Part shown: in pieces, positions 15,096-26,349 of the stretch
Numbering within the stretch: position 1 is the stretch's first letter
Layout: each line of letters begins with the position of its first letter
Translations under genes and position numbers: made by a program
The notes under the pieces: generated by a model
What the model was told of the DNA's origin: nothing
The model's input: the letters and a program-made list of their open reading frames with translations, nothing else
Databases searched by the model: none
Assembly (NCBI GenBank): GCA_951406725.2
Contig: OX597817.1
Span: 87,812,001 to 87,874,000 of the forward strand
DNA length: 62,000 bases
Source of the DNA: Octopus vulgaris
Lineage: Eukaryota
Direction: 5' to 3'

Positions 15096-16090
15096 ATGTG
15101 GAAATTCTGCTGTGGACCAACTCAAGTTAATTGGAACTGACTCCCAGGAAATCCATTTGATGGATTTATCTTCCAGAGGAATCAAGAATTGTATTCAACT
15201 TGATACTTGACATTTTGATATCTCTCTCTCTTTCTCTCTCTCCACTGACATTCTCTCTCTCTCTCACACACACACTCACACACACGCACATATACATATA
15301 TATTATTCACAGCTCTTATTCTTTCCCTCCCCTACTAACCATACAGTTCTTCTACAAGAGCCTGCTTTGCCCTTCCCCCATCACCACCACTCCTCCTTTA
15401 CTCATTCCCTAACATTATGCCAACTCTCCACTTCCTTCAGAGTTTGTGGTCTTGCAAGTCACATGGCAACATCAGTAGTGCTGGTGGCACTAAAATGGCA
15501 CCCGGTTCACACTGTAAAGCGATTGGTATTAGGAAAGGCATCCAACCATCGAAACCAAGCCAAAGCAGACACTGGAGCATGATGCTATCCTTAGACTCAT
15601 CAGATGCTATCAAACTGTCCAACCCATGGCAGCATGGAACATGGATATTAAATTATATATACTGTTTATGTTAGTCGGACTGGTGTCCCCATTTTGATTG
15701 TTGCTTTCACTACATTCTGGTTGTTGTATGCTTCAGCCTCCTTCAAGTGTCTTCTATTAAACTCAGTTGTTTTACTGGAATTTCAAACCTAACCTTTTAT
15801 TTGTTCTACAGAGGTACATTGTTCTCATACTATACTCTGTGTTTTGTAACTTCTTTTTTTGTTGCTTCAGTTGATTTTTTTTGTGAATTACCTTAGTGGG
15901 ATTGAACTCAGAATCCCTAAGTGACTGCAACGTTTTTATCTACTATGCTATAGCCATTCTGAGTTCAGTCCCAGTCAAGGCACTGAGGTAATTCACAAAA
16001 AAATCAACTGAAGTAAACAAAAAAAAAAAGAAATTGCAGGAGACGCAGAGAGCAGAATGACATCATTGTATCCTTGTGAATCAAATACAG

Positions 16091-16390
16091 CAGTGATTCT
16101 CAACCAGGGTCCAAATGTCCCCTGAGGGTCCATATAAGATAGGGGGAGGTGAGGGTCTATGCAACAAAATAGTAAATTGGGGATCCACAATAGCATTTCA
16201 AGGTTCCCTGAAAAGATTTTGCTTTCTTTAACATTTGACATAGTTCAACCTACGCAAGTTAATGTGTGGAAAACGATATAGGAATTTTGAAAGAAGTTTC
16301 TATAAGACTGTATTGAGTGGCTATGGAGATCCACCTGAATGAAATAGTAATAAAAGGGTTCCATAGATAAAAAATGGTTGAGAACCTCTG
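16091..16390. mobile_element. hAT-type MITE
   Basis: TIRs cagtgattctcaacca / tggttgagaacctctg; 8-bp target duplication not clean. Confidence 0.65.
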
Positions 16391-16694
16391 AAACAGAGGG
16401 TTAGGTTCGAAATTCCAATACAACTGAGTTCAACACAAGACACCTGAAGAAGGGTGGAGCATTCAATGGCTGAAACATAGTGAAAGCAACAATCAAGATG
16501 AGGACACCAGCCTCACTAATACAAGCAGTATATACATATAAATAAATTCCTCATCTCAGAAATATAGAATTATATTATGGACATTAAATGATGATCATCA
16601 TCATTATGATCATTCAACTCACTTGAACATTAATACTCTGTCAGACTTGTTCATTCATATACCCTCTTGCAGGAAAATTAGTGCTTTATTTGCT

Positions 16695-17091
16695 ACTAAC
16701 AGTATCGCCCAGCATTGCTCGGGTTTGTTTCGACCCTTTAGAATTGGAATTTTTGAAAAGTAAAAATTTTGCATTATGTAGCTTGTTATTCTCTTTAATT
16801 GAACATTTTTCTGGTCGAAATACACCGAAAAATGGCAACATAACTGTCAAAAAATCATAAAAAATGGGGATTTTCATAGACAAAAAAGCACCTTTTTGAT
16901 GTAAATAATTTTGGGTCTTAACATGAACCAATTTGAATTTTATCCTCTATGGAATGAAGAGCAAGCCTTCTTCTATCATACTCTCAATTTTGGTCAACTT
17001 GAGCTGCAGGGTCTCGGAGGAGATAGTGTTAGTTGAAGGCTACCAAACCTGTCACACACACACAGACAATTTCAGCTTTATATATATAGAT
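16695..17091. mobile_element. Non-autonomous Helitron/Helentron-like element
   Basis: 5' actaacagtatcgcccagcattgctcggg stem-loop; 3' (CA)n cagac...tttatatatatagat end; CpG retained; architecture recalled from HINE/Lep1-type elements. Confidence 0.55.
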
Positions 17092-17427
17092 TTAAGTCTT
17101 GAGTGACATAAATTCTACAATATGGTTTGAATAACAACCTCAGGTCTACCAGCTTGGTAAGCTTGAGAAAGAAAGCAATGTGAAATTTCTGAAAATGTGA
17201 AAAGAGTATCACCAATGGGCAAAGAGTTTAACAGTTATCAGTAACGAGTATTTTTCCCTCTGATATTTCGGTATACGTTGTTACTTCATTATCAACAAAA
17301 GAAAGCTGAATGTGTGTCTGTCATTTCAAGTTATATGTTTAGCTTTAGAACATCACATAAATATCTTTATCGTTTAATCAAATTAATTGTTGCCACAGCA
17401 TAAAACTATTTCATGCTTATATTGCAG

Positions 17428-17489
17428 TTTCGTTTAATGCACAAGTTTCAACTGGAGGTTCCAAAATACTGGATGCGATATTCTGAAAA
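17428..17489 (+). CDS. TBC1D32: TBC1D32 exon: FRLMHKFQLEVPKYWMRYSE(K)
   Basis: attgcAG acceptor, AA|gtgagt donor; 62 nt, phase 0 to 2; resembles recalled [21 protein letters not shown]. Confidence 0.9.
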
Positions 17490-17662
17490 GTGAGTATTAA
17501 AATATATATGTTAGTTCAACTATCAAAGGTATACTGTTACAGCTGGTGGATGTAGTGAGCAACTTGTTGCTATAATCAGTGAGGGGTATCAGATTCTCAT
17601 AAATGAAGTGATGCAGGACTAGGTACATGGGGATATACTGTGATACAAAACTATATATATAT

Positions 17663-17723
<61 letters not shown>

Positions 17724-17809
17724 TACATATATACACACACATACATATATATATACACACACACACACATGCACACACACTCATATATATATATATATAT
17801 ATCACCATC

Positions 17810-19850
17810 ATCATCATTTAATGTCCATTTTCCATGCTGGCATGTGTTGGATGATTTGACTGAAAACTGGTAAACTGGGGGAGCTGCACCAGGTTTCAAT
17901 TTGATTTGGCGTGGTTTCTACTGCTGGATACCCTTCCTAATACCAACCACTCCAAGAGTGTAGTAGGTGCTTTTTATGTGTGCCCAGTACATGTGCTAGT
18001 AACAAAAACACCATGACTAGGATCTCACTTGGTTTGACAGGTCTTCCCAAGCATGATGTCTTGCCAAAAGTCTCAGTCACTTGTCACTGCCTCCATGTGG
18101 ACCAAAGTTTGAATGGTGCTTTTTACAGGCCACTGGCTTGGGTGCCAGTTACATAACACTAGCATTGACTATGACTGCAATTCCACTTGGCTTGACAGGT
18201 CTTCTCAAGCACGGCATATCGCCAAAGGTTTTGATCACTTGTCATTGTCTCCATGAGGCCCAACATTCGAAGATCATGCTTCATCACCTTGTTATATGCC
18301 TTCCTGGGTCTACCTCTTCCACAGGTTCCCTCCACAGTTAGAGATCAGATTTCTTTACACGGTTGTCCTCATCTATACACATTACATTACTGTACCAGTG
18401 TAGTTGCCTCTTATGCCCAACTTTTCTCTCAAGATGCTTATACTCTGTTGTACATGCACACTGACAATGTACATCCAGCAAAGCATACTAGTTTCACTTC
18501 TTTCATGCCTTCACATTTCCTCGGTGATCACTGCCTTTGTAGCATGTCTCTTTGGACACAGACATTGTACAATCTGCCTTTCACTCTGAGGGAGATGCTC
18601 TTTGTTACCAACAGAGGTAGGAGCATTCTGAACTATGCCCAGCCTATCCTTATTCTTGCAGCTATGCTCTTGGAGCATCCACCTCTGCAACTAACTTGGT
18701 CACCTAGGTAACAGAAACTATCAACTACTTCTAGTTTTTCCCTTGGCATTTGATGGTGTCATTTTTAGTGTTAATTATATCTGTGCACTTCTTATGTGTT
18801 CATAGCTTACACCAGTTACATATTATGGAGTTACTACCTACACATTTTCTACAGATTGAGCAGAGCCATCTATCTGAAGGGATTTGTGATTTGTCAGCTC
18901 TCTTACTGACTAAGACTTTGGTCTTTGCTAGATTAACTGATTTAGCTAGACCTTGCTTCCACACATGAAATTTCTTCTCTAGTTCTAGTATTGATTCAGC
19001 TATCAAAACAAGGTCATCAACATAGAGGAACTCCCAGGGGCAACCCATCTTAAATTCCTCTCTTATTGCCTGGAGAACTGTGATAAACAAGAGGGGGCTG
19101 AGGATTGATCCTTGGTGAACTCCTACTTGTACCCTGAATTCCTCACAATACTCATTGCTAACCTTCACCTTACAGACAGCATCCTTGTACATGATTTGTA
19201 CAACTCTCACCAACCACTCATTTATTCCTAGCTTCCATATTGACCACCAGATAAGGGATCAGGAGACTCTGTCAAAGGCTTTCTCCATGTCAACATTTGG
19301 TTAAATATTTCTCCTGCAGGAATTTACCACCAGTCATGCTCCTGCCTGGCACAAATCTGAACTGCATTTCATCTACACTAATTCTCTCTCTAATTGAGAT
19401 ATGACCTCTGTATGACTTTCATCACCTGGTATGTCAGTTTGATGCCTCTGTAATTATTCCTATCTAAAGTGTCAGCTTTGCCTTTGTAGCAGTTGATTAT
19501 GATGCTGTTACACTAATCATTGTGTATGACTCACTCATGGACAACCTCATTAACTATACAGGTGACTAAGTTATATCCTACTCCACCAGATATTTTAAGC
19601 ATCTCAGTGGAAATTCCTGATGGGCTAGTGGCTTTCCTTGTCTTTATGTCCTTAATTATTTATCTACTAAGTTACTGTCAATTCAGATAGCTAGTCCTTT
19701 TGTTGGTTCAACAATTAGCAGACTCTCCTTTTTCCATTCATTCTCTATATCTAGCAACCTTTCATAATGGCATTTCCAAGACTCTTTCTTTGCAGAATCA
19801 TTAAATGCAAGTGTACCATCATCCATACAGACACATTTGTATGTACATAT
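17810..19850 (-). mobile_element. Decayed RTE LINE, RT domain plus 3' tail
   Basis: ORF 18800..19213 with VGVHQGSILSPLLF and LYVDDLVLIAE (RT motifs 4-5); upstream linker 19683..19910; tail at 17810-18000. Confidence 0.9.
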
Positions 19851-19863
19851 ATGCATATGTATG

Positions 19864-19909
<46 letters not shown>

Positions 19910-20002
19910 ACTATAAATAAGGGTGTCTACCTTTGTATGGTATTTTTTCCCATGCTAGCCACTTGATAATATCGATATTCAAACATCGATATTATCCTTA
20001 TT

Positions 20003-20051
<49 letters not shown>

Positions 20052-20174
20052 TTATAGGTATGTATATAAGTTTGTATATATGTATACACACACATGCATG
20101 TGTGCACTCACGCACACACACACTCACGCTCACACACACACACTCACACTCACACACACACACTCACACACAGA

Positions 20175-22350
20175 AGATGTTGAGCCTCTAAGAGATGATA
20201 GGGTACTGAAATGAGCTATGGTTGACCAACATCCCTGTGCCCACTCTCAAGATGGCTGTACATAAGGAGTTTTGGTATTCTTTCGTTACTCATTCTGATG
20301 ACATGGCCAACACAGTGTAATTGTGATTGCATAAGGAAGCTTTCAATTCCACCAATCTTACACTTGCTAAATGGGTTGACATTAGAAATTTGTCTTTTAA
20401 TAAATAACCTCAGATTCTCCTCGGAGAGCCTTTGTGGAAGATGTCTAGTTGGTTAATGTTTTGTCTATAGAGTATCCACAATTCTGAGCCATACAAGAGA
20501 GTAGTAAGAATGGCTGCTTTATAAACTTTGGTGTCAAGTTTGATGCCCCTTTCATTCCATAGGCAATTACAGAGTTTGCCAAATGCATTGGTTGCCTTTG
20601 CAAGACAGTTGACAATTTCATCATCAAGGGAAGCACTTGAGTTCACTTTACTACCAAGATATGTAAATGACTTTGCATAATGTAGGTTTTATCCCATCAA
20701 CCTGTATAGGAGGGTCAGGAAAATTGTGAATCAGTGGCCTCTGCTTGACATCTCAACTTTGTTTAAAAGTAGGGCAAGTTTGGTGGATTACTTCTGTCTT
20801 CTTTATGCTGATGGTCAAACCAAAGGTTTTATATGCAGCAGAAAACCAGTCCAGAAGTTCCTGAGCTTCTTCTAATGAGGTCACTACTTTCAAAAAGTAG
20901 ATCATGAATAATACTGGTGTGTAGCAGTGTTCTGGTTTTTAAATGCTGATGATTGAATAGTCCACCACTTGTTCAAAACTGGAATTTAACACCACTTTGT
21001 ATGTTGCCAAAAGCATACCTCAGCATCACTGAAAAGAAGAGTGCAAACAAAACAGGAGCCATAACACAGCTTTGCTTTGTGCCATTTGTAATGTTGAAGG
21101 AAGCCAAAGATTCCCCACTGGACACAACAGTAGCCTTCATTCATTCATGAAAGATGATAACATTCAACATCTTGTCAGGTATACCAAGCTTTTTCAGAAC
21201 CTTCCATAGTGCTTGCCAGTTAACAGTGTCAAAAGTATTAGTAAGGTCAATGAATATCATGAGGTTTTCTCCTATACCTTCTCCATGACCTGTTGAAAGG
21301 AAAAGATCATGTTGATAGTACCACAACCAGAGGGAAATCAACACTGTAATTCTAGATAGATATCATTTACAATGTGTTTGATGATCCTGTCAAGAATGAG
21401 TTGAACAAGAATCTTACCAGCAATAGACAGAAACAATATCCCATAATGATTATCATATACATTTCTGTTTCCTTTGTTCTTATAAAGATGTTGAATTGAG
21501 GCATCCTTGAAGTCCTGTGGTACACAGCCTACCATCCAAATATTTATGAAGTGGTCATGCAGTTTCTTAAAAAGCTTCTGTCTATCATGCTTGTAGATTT
21601 CAGGAGGGACAGCATCCCTGCCAGGTGCTTTACCAGAAGAGATCTATTTAATAGAGTTTACCACTTCTAGGAAGGCTGGCTCCAGAGATGGTTCCAGTAT
21701 TTCAGTGTGCTGTGGAATAGACATTATGACATGCCATCATAAAAGGCTTTAGAATCCTTTCTGTCTGCAGCTTCTTTGAGATCGGTAGCCTTAGAAGACC
21801 ACCAAGCCTCCTTCATCTGTCTCAGAGCACATTGGACCTGGCCTCTGCATTTCTTGTAAACATTCTCTTTTCTGGATGAGCTCTTCTCATTTATCCATGT
21901 TTTGTGAGAGTTGTGCATTTTATCTAGCAACTGTTGGAAATCTGTGTTGTTATCGCTGAACCAATCTTGATGTTTACAAACAGGAAATCCAAGAACCTCT
22001 ACAGATGTAGAGTGTGTTGCATCATGCAGAGCCTTCCAAGATGATTCTATGTCATCATTGATATAAACAGTGATGAGTGCAGTGTCCACCTTGATAGAGA
22101 GCTCAGCCTGCTTTTCAAGTTTTAATGCACTTAGGCACTGATGACTTTTGTAGTCCTGCGTGTTTCAGATGGAACGTAGCCTTACTATAGACAAGAGAAT
22201 GGTCAGAAAGATAGCAGATGTCATGAAAGGAATGTGTAATGTTAAAGTTCCCAATATCTCATTTCTTAGTGATAACATGGTCTATGAGATGCCAATCCTT
22301 AGATCTAGGATGCACCTAGATCATCTTGTGACAATTTCACTGTTGCAATT
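20175..22350 (-). mobile_element. Decayed LINE of a second RTE (BovB-like) family: endonuclease end, linker, RT, C-terminus
   Basis: Minus strand HPRSKDWHLIDHVI...SDHSLV (APE end, ~22170-22310), KHQDWFSDNN, PQDFKDASIQHLYKNKG, LYGSELW, GHVIRMSNERIPK; multiple stops. Confidence 0.85.
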
Positions 22351-23841
22351 TCCCCTTAATATATGAAATTAAATACATCAAATTTAAAATATAAATATAA
22401 ATGTAGATATAAATAAAATAAGATAACAGTATATTACATATATACATTTTGTTGGATGGCTATTGACTACCAATGAGTTCATCCGCAGAGGAACCTATAT
22501 ATATACATCCATAAATATATACATGTGTGTGTGTATGCATACATATACATGTATGTATGTCTTGAAAATCTCTAAGAAAACTGGAAATATGAGTTCAAAA
22601 TAACCAAAATTTGAAATGAGTCTGAATGAAATACTGCATATTTAATTCTTTATTGCCCACAAAGGGCTAAACATAGGGGGGACAAACAAGGACAGACAAA
22701 GGGACTAAGGTGATTACATTGACCCCAGTGCGTAATTGGTACTTATTTAATCGACCTCGAAAGGATGAAAGGCAAAGTCAACCTCAGCAGAATTTGAACT
22801 CAGAACATAGTGGCAGATGAAATGCCACCAAGCATTTCACCCGGCATGCAAATGATTCTGCCAGCTCACCGCCTTCAAATATTGTATACTATGAAATTAA
22901 TATACTGCACAGAAAGTATCTTAAAAAAAATACAAAAATATGAGGTTTAAGTATTACATTTAAAATTTTTGACAATGCCATGTATTTTATGGAAAATTCA
23001 AATAATTTCCCAAACAAATTTTAACTTTCCATTCCATGTGATAACATTACCTTCCTTAGAATAGTAACTGGAACAAATGTGTGTATGCAATTTTTTTTTT
23101 TTTTGTTTAATTCTCAAAAATTCTCACTAGGCAAAATTTTCAGGTGAGTTTTGTTTTTATTCTGTTTACATGTTACAACATTATTGTGTATCAGGTAAAT
23201 ATAACAACTTAATTTGATTTCTTTTGTTGTAAACATATAGGCTACATATTTTTCAGGTGTTTTCAGACAGTACAGTAGTTACATTTTTTTCTCTTTCCAT
23301 CATACTGAAAATATCTATCTTTGTATCTATCTTATATATATAATTTTCAGAAATTCCCTATGATCCCAGTTCGAAGAGATATTTTCTGCCAAAATACTTC
23401 TGTGCAAACATATCAATCAATACATATTTAAAACATTTTTTTTCTTTTCTCCCCATTCTCTCTGTCACCTCTCTCTCTCACTCCAGATATGCATGTGTAC
23501 ATATATGTATTGTGTGTATATAGATATATGTATATATTGTATGCATGTGTAGATATACGGGTGTATACATATATAAGTATACACATATCCTTCCATCTCT
23601 ACTAGGATTGTTTCTGTACATGATGCATCTCTCTCTCTTCACATCTTTCTCAATCTAATGTGTATATAAATATATGTGTATATATGAGGGAAAGGCAAAA
23701 ATTATACACACTCTTGCTTTTTCAATGTATCTACACAAAAGCAGGAGATTAACAAATACAGCATTTTTTCTGTATAGTCTCCTTCTTTTTTGATGCATTT
23801 GATCCAGTGGTCCACAAGCTTGTATATTCTCTCCAAGCAGG

Positions 23842-24355
23842 TGTAGTGGTCTATATTGCTAAATAGTTGAATGATCTCCCTTGCAAGAAAGATTATAGAG
23901 TAAACTCCCTTTACTAAATTTCTCGAAGCATCTGTGTCATGAGAAGGGATTCTTAATTATTCAAGAAGCTTAGCATTTCTCTTGGAGGTTTCTAGAATGT
24001 CTAGTGTTCCATTAATAAAAACAGCTTGCTAACCCTGCTCTTCGCTTCTTAGTCAATTAGACTTAGTGCCATTCATGTCATTGCTATGTCTGTCTATTTC
24101 TCTATGCCACATGACTGAAAATCACTACTTAGCTGTTATTTCTACATTTTCTGTCTCTGGACTTTCTTGTATAGATTACTTCATTCAACAAGATTCTACA
24201 TTTTGATTATGTATCATCATCGGCCAGTAAATAAAATATATTTTTATGTAGTAAATATATAAGTTCTTGAATTGATCTTTCATCTCTATATGAACTCTTG
24301 TAATAATATACATGCAGCCACATCAACACCTTGTACTGACTATTATATCACTACA
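23842..24355 (+). mobile_element. Solo LTR (514 bp), probably Gypsy-type
   Basis: Termini TGTAGTG...CACTACA; 4-bp target duplication CAGG/AAGG (one mismatch); AATAAA at 24230; removing it restores the mariner frame KTFLERIYKLVDHW. Confidence 0.7.
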
Positions 24356-24412
24356 AAGGTTTTCAGTTAGTTGTACAACTATTTATGCATTGCTTCTTTC
24401 ACATCTTCATCC

Positions 24413-24414
<2 letters not shown>

Positions 24415-24443
<29 letters not shown>

Positions 24444-25369
24444 ATTTGGCTCAAAAGCAAATAGCAAGGCCATGTAGGGGGACATGGAGTTAAGTACAGG
24501 GTGGTGTTCATGTAAAGAGTTCAGGCCACTTGAGGTCCAGGGAGGCTTTGAACAAAGCGGTCATCGGCATCTTCACCATCTCGTCTGGCAGCTTGTTCCA
24601 CGGATCCGCAACCCGGACGGAGAAAGCTCCTCTCCTTCGATTGAGATGAAATCGTCGCAGGTAGAGCTTTTCGGAATGAGCCCGCAGCCGACGCTCCGGA
24701 GCAGGAGTGAAGAACAGCTCTTTCGAGAGGTTACACTTCCCGCTTATGATGTTGTGGGCGAGAATGAGATCACCACGGCGGCGGCGTTTTTCAAGAGAAC
24801 AAAGGTCGAGCGTCCTCAGCCTTTCTTCGTAGGACAAATTTTTGAGACCATGAACCATGCGGGTAGCCAGCCTCTGGACTCTTTCGAGGTGCTGTATGTC
24901 TTTGAGGAGATAAGGAGAAGAGGCTTGAATCCCATACTCCAATATGGGTCTCACCAGCGTGACATAGAGTGGCAGGAATATGGCTGCTGTGAGCATTCCG
25001 AATGACCGTCGAATCAAAAACAGAATTCCGCGCGCTTTGTTGGCAGCATGGACGCACTGGGCCGAAGGCGAAAAGGAGGAATCCACCAAGATACCCAGGT
25101 CCTTTACCTGATCGGTCCTCTCCAGCAGCAGACGACCCGGCTCGAAATCAAGTTGAGTTGCAGGAGTAGAGCCGACAGGCAGATGACAGCACTTTGACAC
25201 GTTCAGACACAGGTCCCAATCGTTAGACCACTTCCAAATTTGGTGGAGGCATCGACGAAGATCCTCTATACTACCGCGAGGAGCGACCAGTTTGATATCG
25301 TCGGCAAATAGAAGGGTGTGTTGCGTGAGGTCGTCGGGCAAGTCATTTATGAAGACTAAGAACAACAGG
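24415..25369 (-). mobile_element. Young 5'-truncated CR1-group LINE: RT C-terminal 286 codons without stops, short 3' UTR, (ACTA)n tail
   Basis: ORF 24508..25527 from residue 54: LLFLVFINDLP...LFADDIKL...VRPILEYG...ERVQRLATRMV...WNKLP; (tagt)n at 24415-24443; first 53 residues of the listed ORF are flanking mariner DNA. Confidence 0.92.
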
Positions 25370-25914
25370 AAATTGATGACCTCAATAACAATCTTAGAGT
25401 GGTCTAAAGATATGATAGTTGGAAGGAGTGAGATCTGGGCTGTAGACAAGGTGTTCCAGCCCCTCAAAACCCAATTTGTTAATGGTTTCAACAGTCTGGT
25501 TAGCTGTGTGTGGGCGTGCATTGTCATACAACAAAACTTTCTTCAACAATAGCCTTTGAGGTTTGGTGTGAATTGCTTACTTCAGTTTATTGGCCAGCAA
25601 AGCGCTGTATCTTGCATTGTTGATTATACACCTCTTTTCCAGAGAAATCAGATCACTACTCTTTGTTATTCTTTGGTACGCATTGCTAGTGGAGTGGCCA
25701 TACTTATACTATATAGCCAGAAAGAAAAATGATGTGATCAGACTCAAACTTCGACCATGTGACCACATTAGTACCAACTATAAGCACACATGCACAGAAG
25801 GCAGTGTGACAATAGATAAAGATATGTTATGATGAAAGTGCAGATAATGTTTGACTTCCTCTTGTACATATAGACATATATTTATCCTTCCATATATTTA
25901 TCCTTCCAACAGGA

Positions 25915-26330
25915 TTGCTTTGTACTCATTCTTCACTTCTTTCTCTCTCTCCTCTCTCTCAGCCTATTCACCCTAACCCTTCATGCACTCCATTCCTTCC
26001 CCATTTACCTTCCTCTCCCTTCCACCCTCCCCATTCCATTTACTCTTCTCTCTGTCTCAACTTACATTCCTACCTCTCTTTCCCCTCACATATTCATTTG
26101 CTCACCTTTTTCACCCTTCACTTTCACTCCTCCCTCAACCTCCACCGGCTCCCTTCTTTCACCCTCCACTTGCTCCCTTCTCTCTCCCTTCATTTTCTCT
26201 CCTCTTTTGCCCCTGCTCTCCTTTCTGTCTCAACTTACTCTCCCCCTCCCACTCCTAATATTCCCATCATTCTCTCTCTCACTCTCACTTGCTCTCTCAT
26301 TTCACTTTCTGCACCCATAAACAAATCACC
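25915..26330. repeat. Polypyrimidine (CT-rich) low-complexity tract
   Basis: About 400 nt nearly devoid of G on the + strand. Confidence 0.85.
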
Positions 26331-26349
26331 CATATATATCCACACATCA

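Larger units (their letters stand above)
23685..25864 (-). mobile_element. Old, internally deleted mariner (irritans-like) transposon interrupted by a solo LTR and a CR1 LINE
   Basis: Minus-strand remnants INNARYSALLANKLK...DNARPHTANQTVETINKLGFEGLEHLVYSPDLTPSNYHIF (25370-25650), MDEDVKEAMH (24360-24415), IYKLVDHWIKCIKKEGDYTEK (23765-23835); degenerate TIRs at 23685 and 25864, each next to TA. Confidence 0.8.

Noticed and set aside
24508-25527. 339-aa ORF as a functional gene
   Set aside because: Chimeric: first 53 codons are out-of-frame mariner DNA, remainder is a 5'-truncated LINE RT lacking the N-terminal RT motifs and endonuclease.
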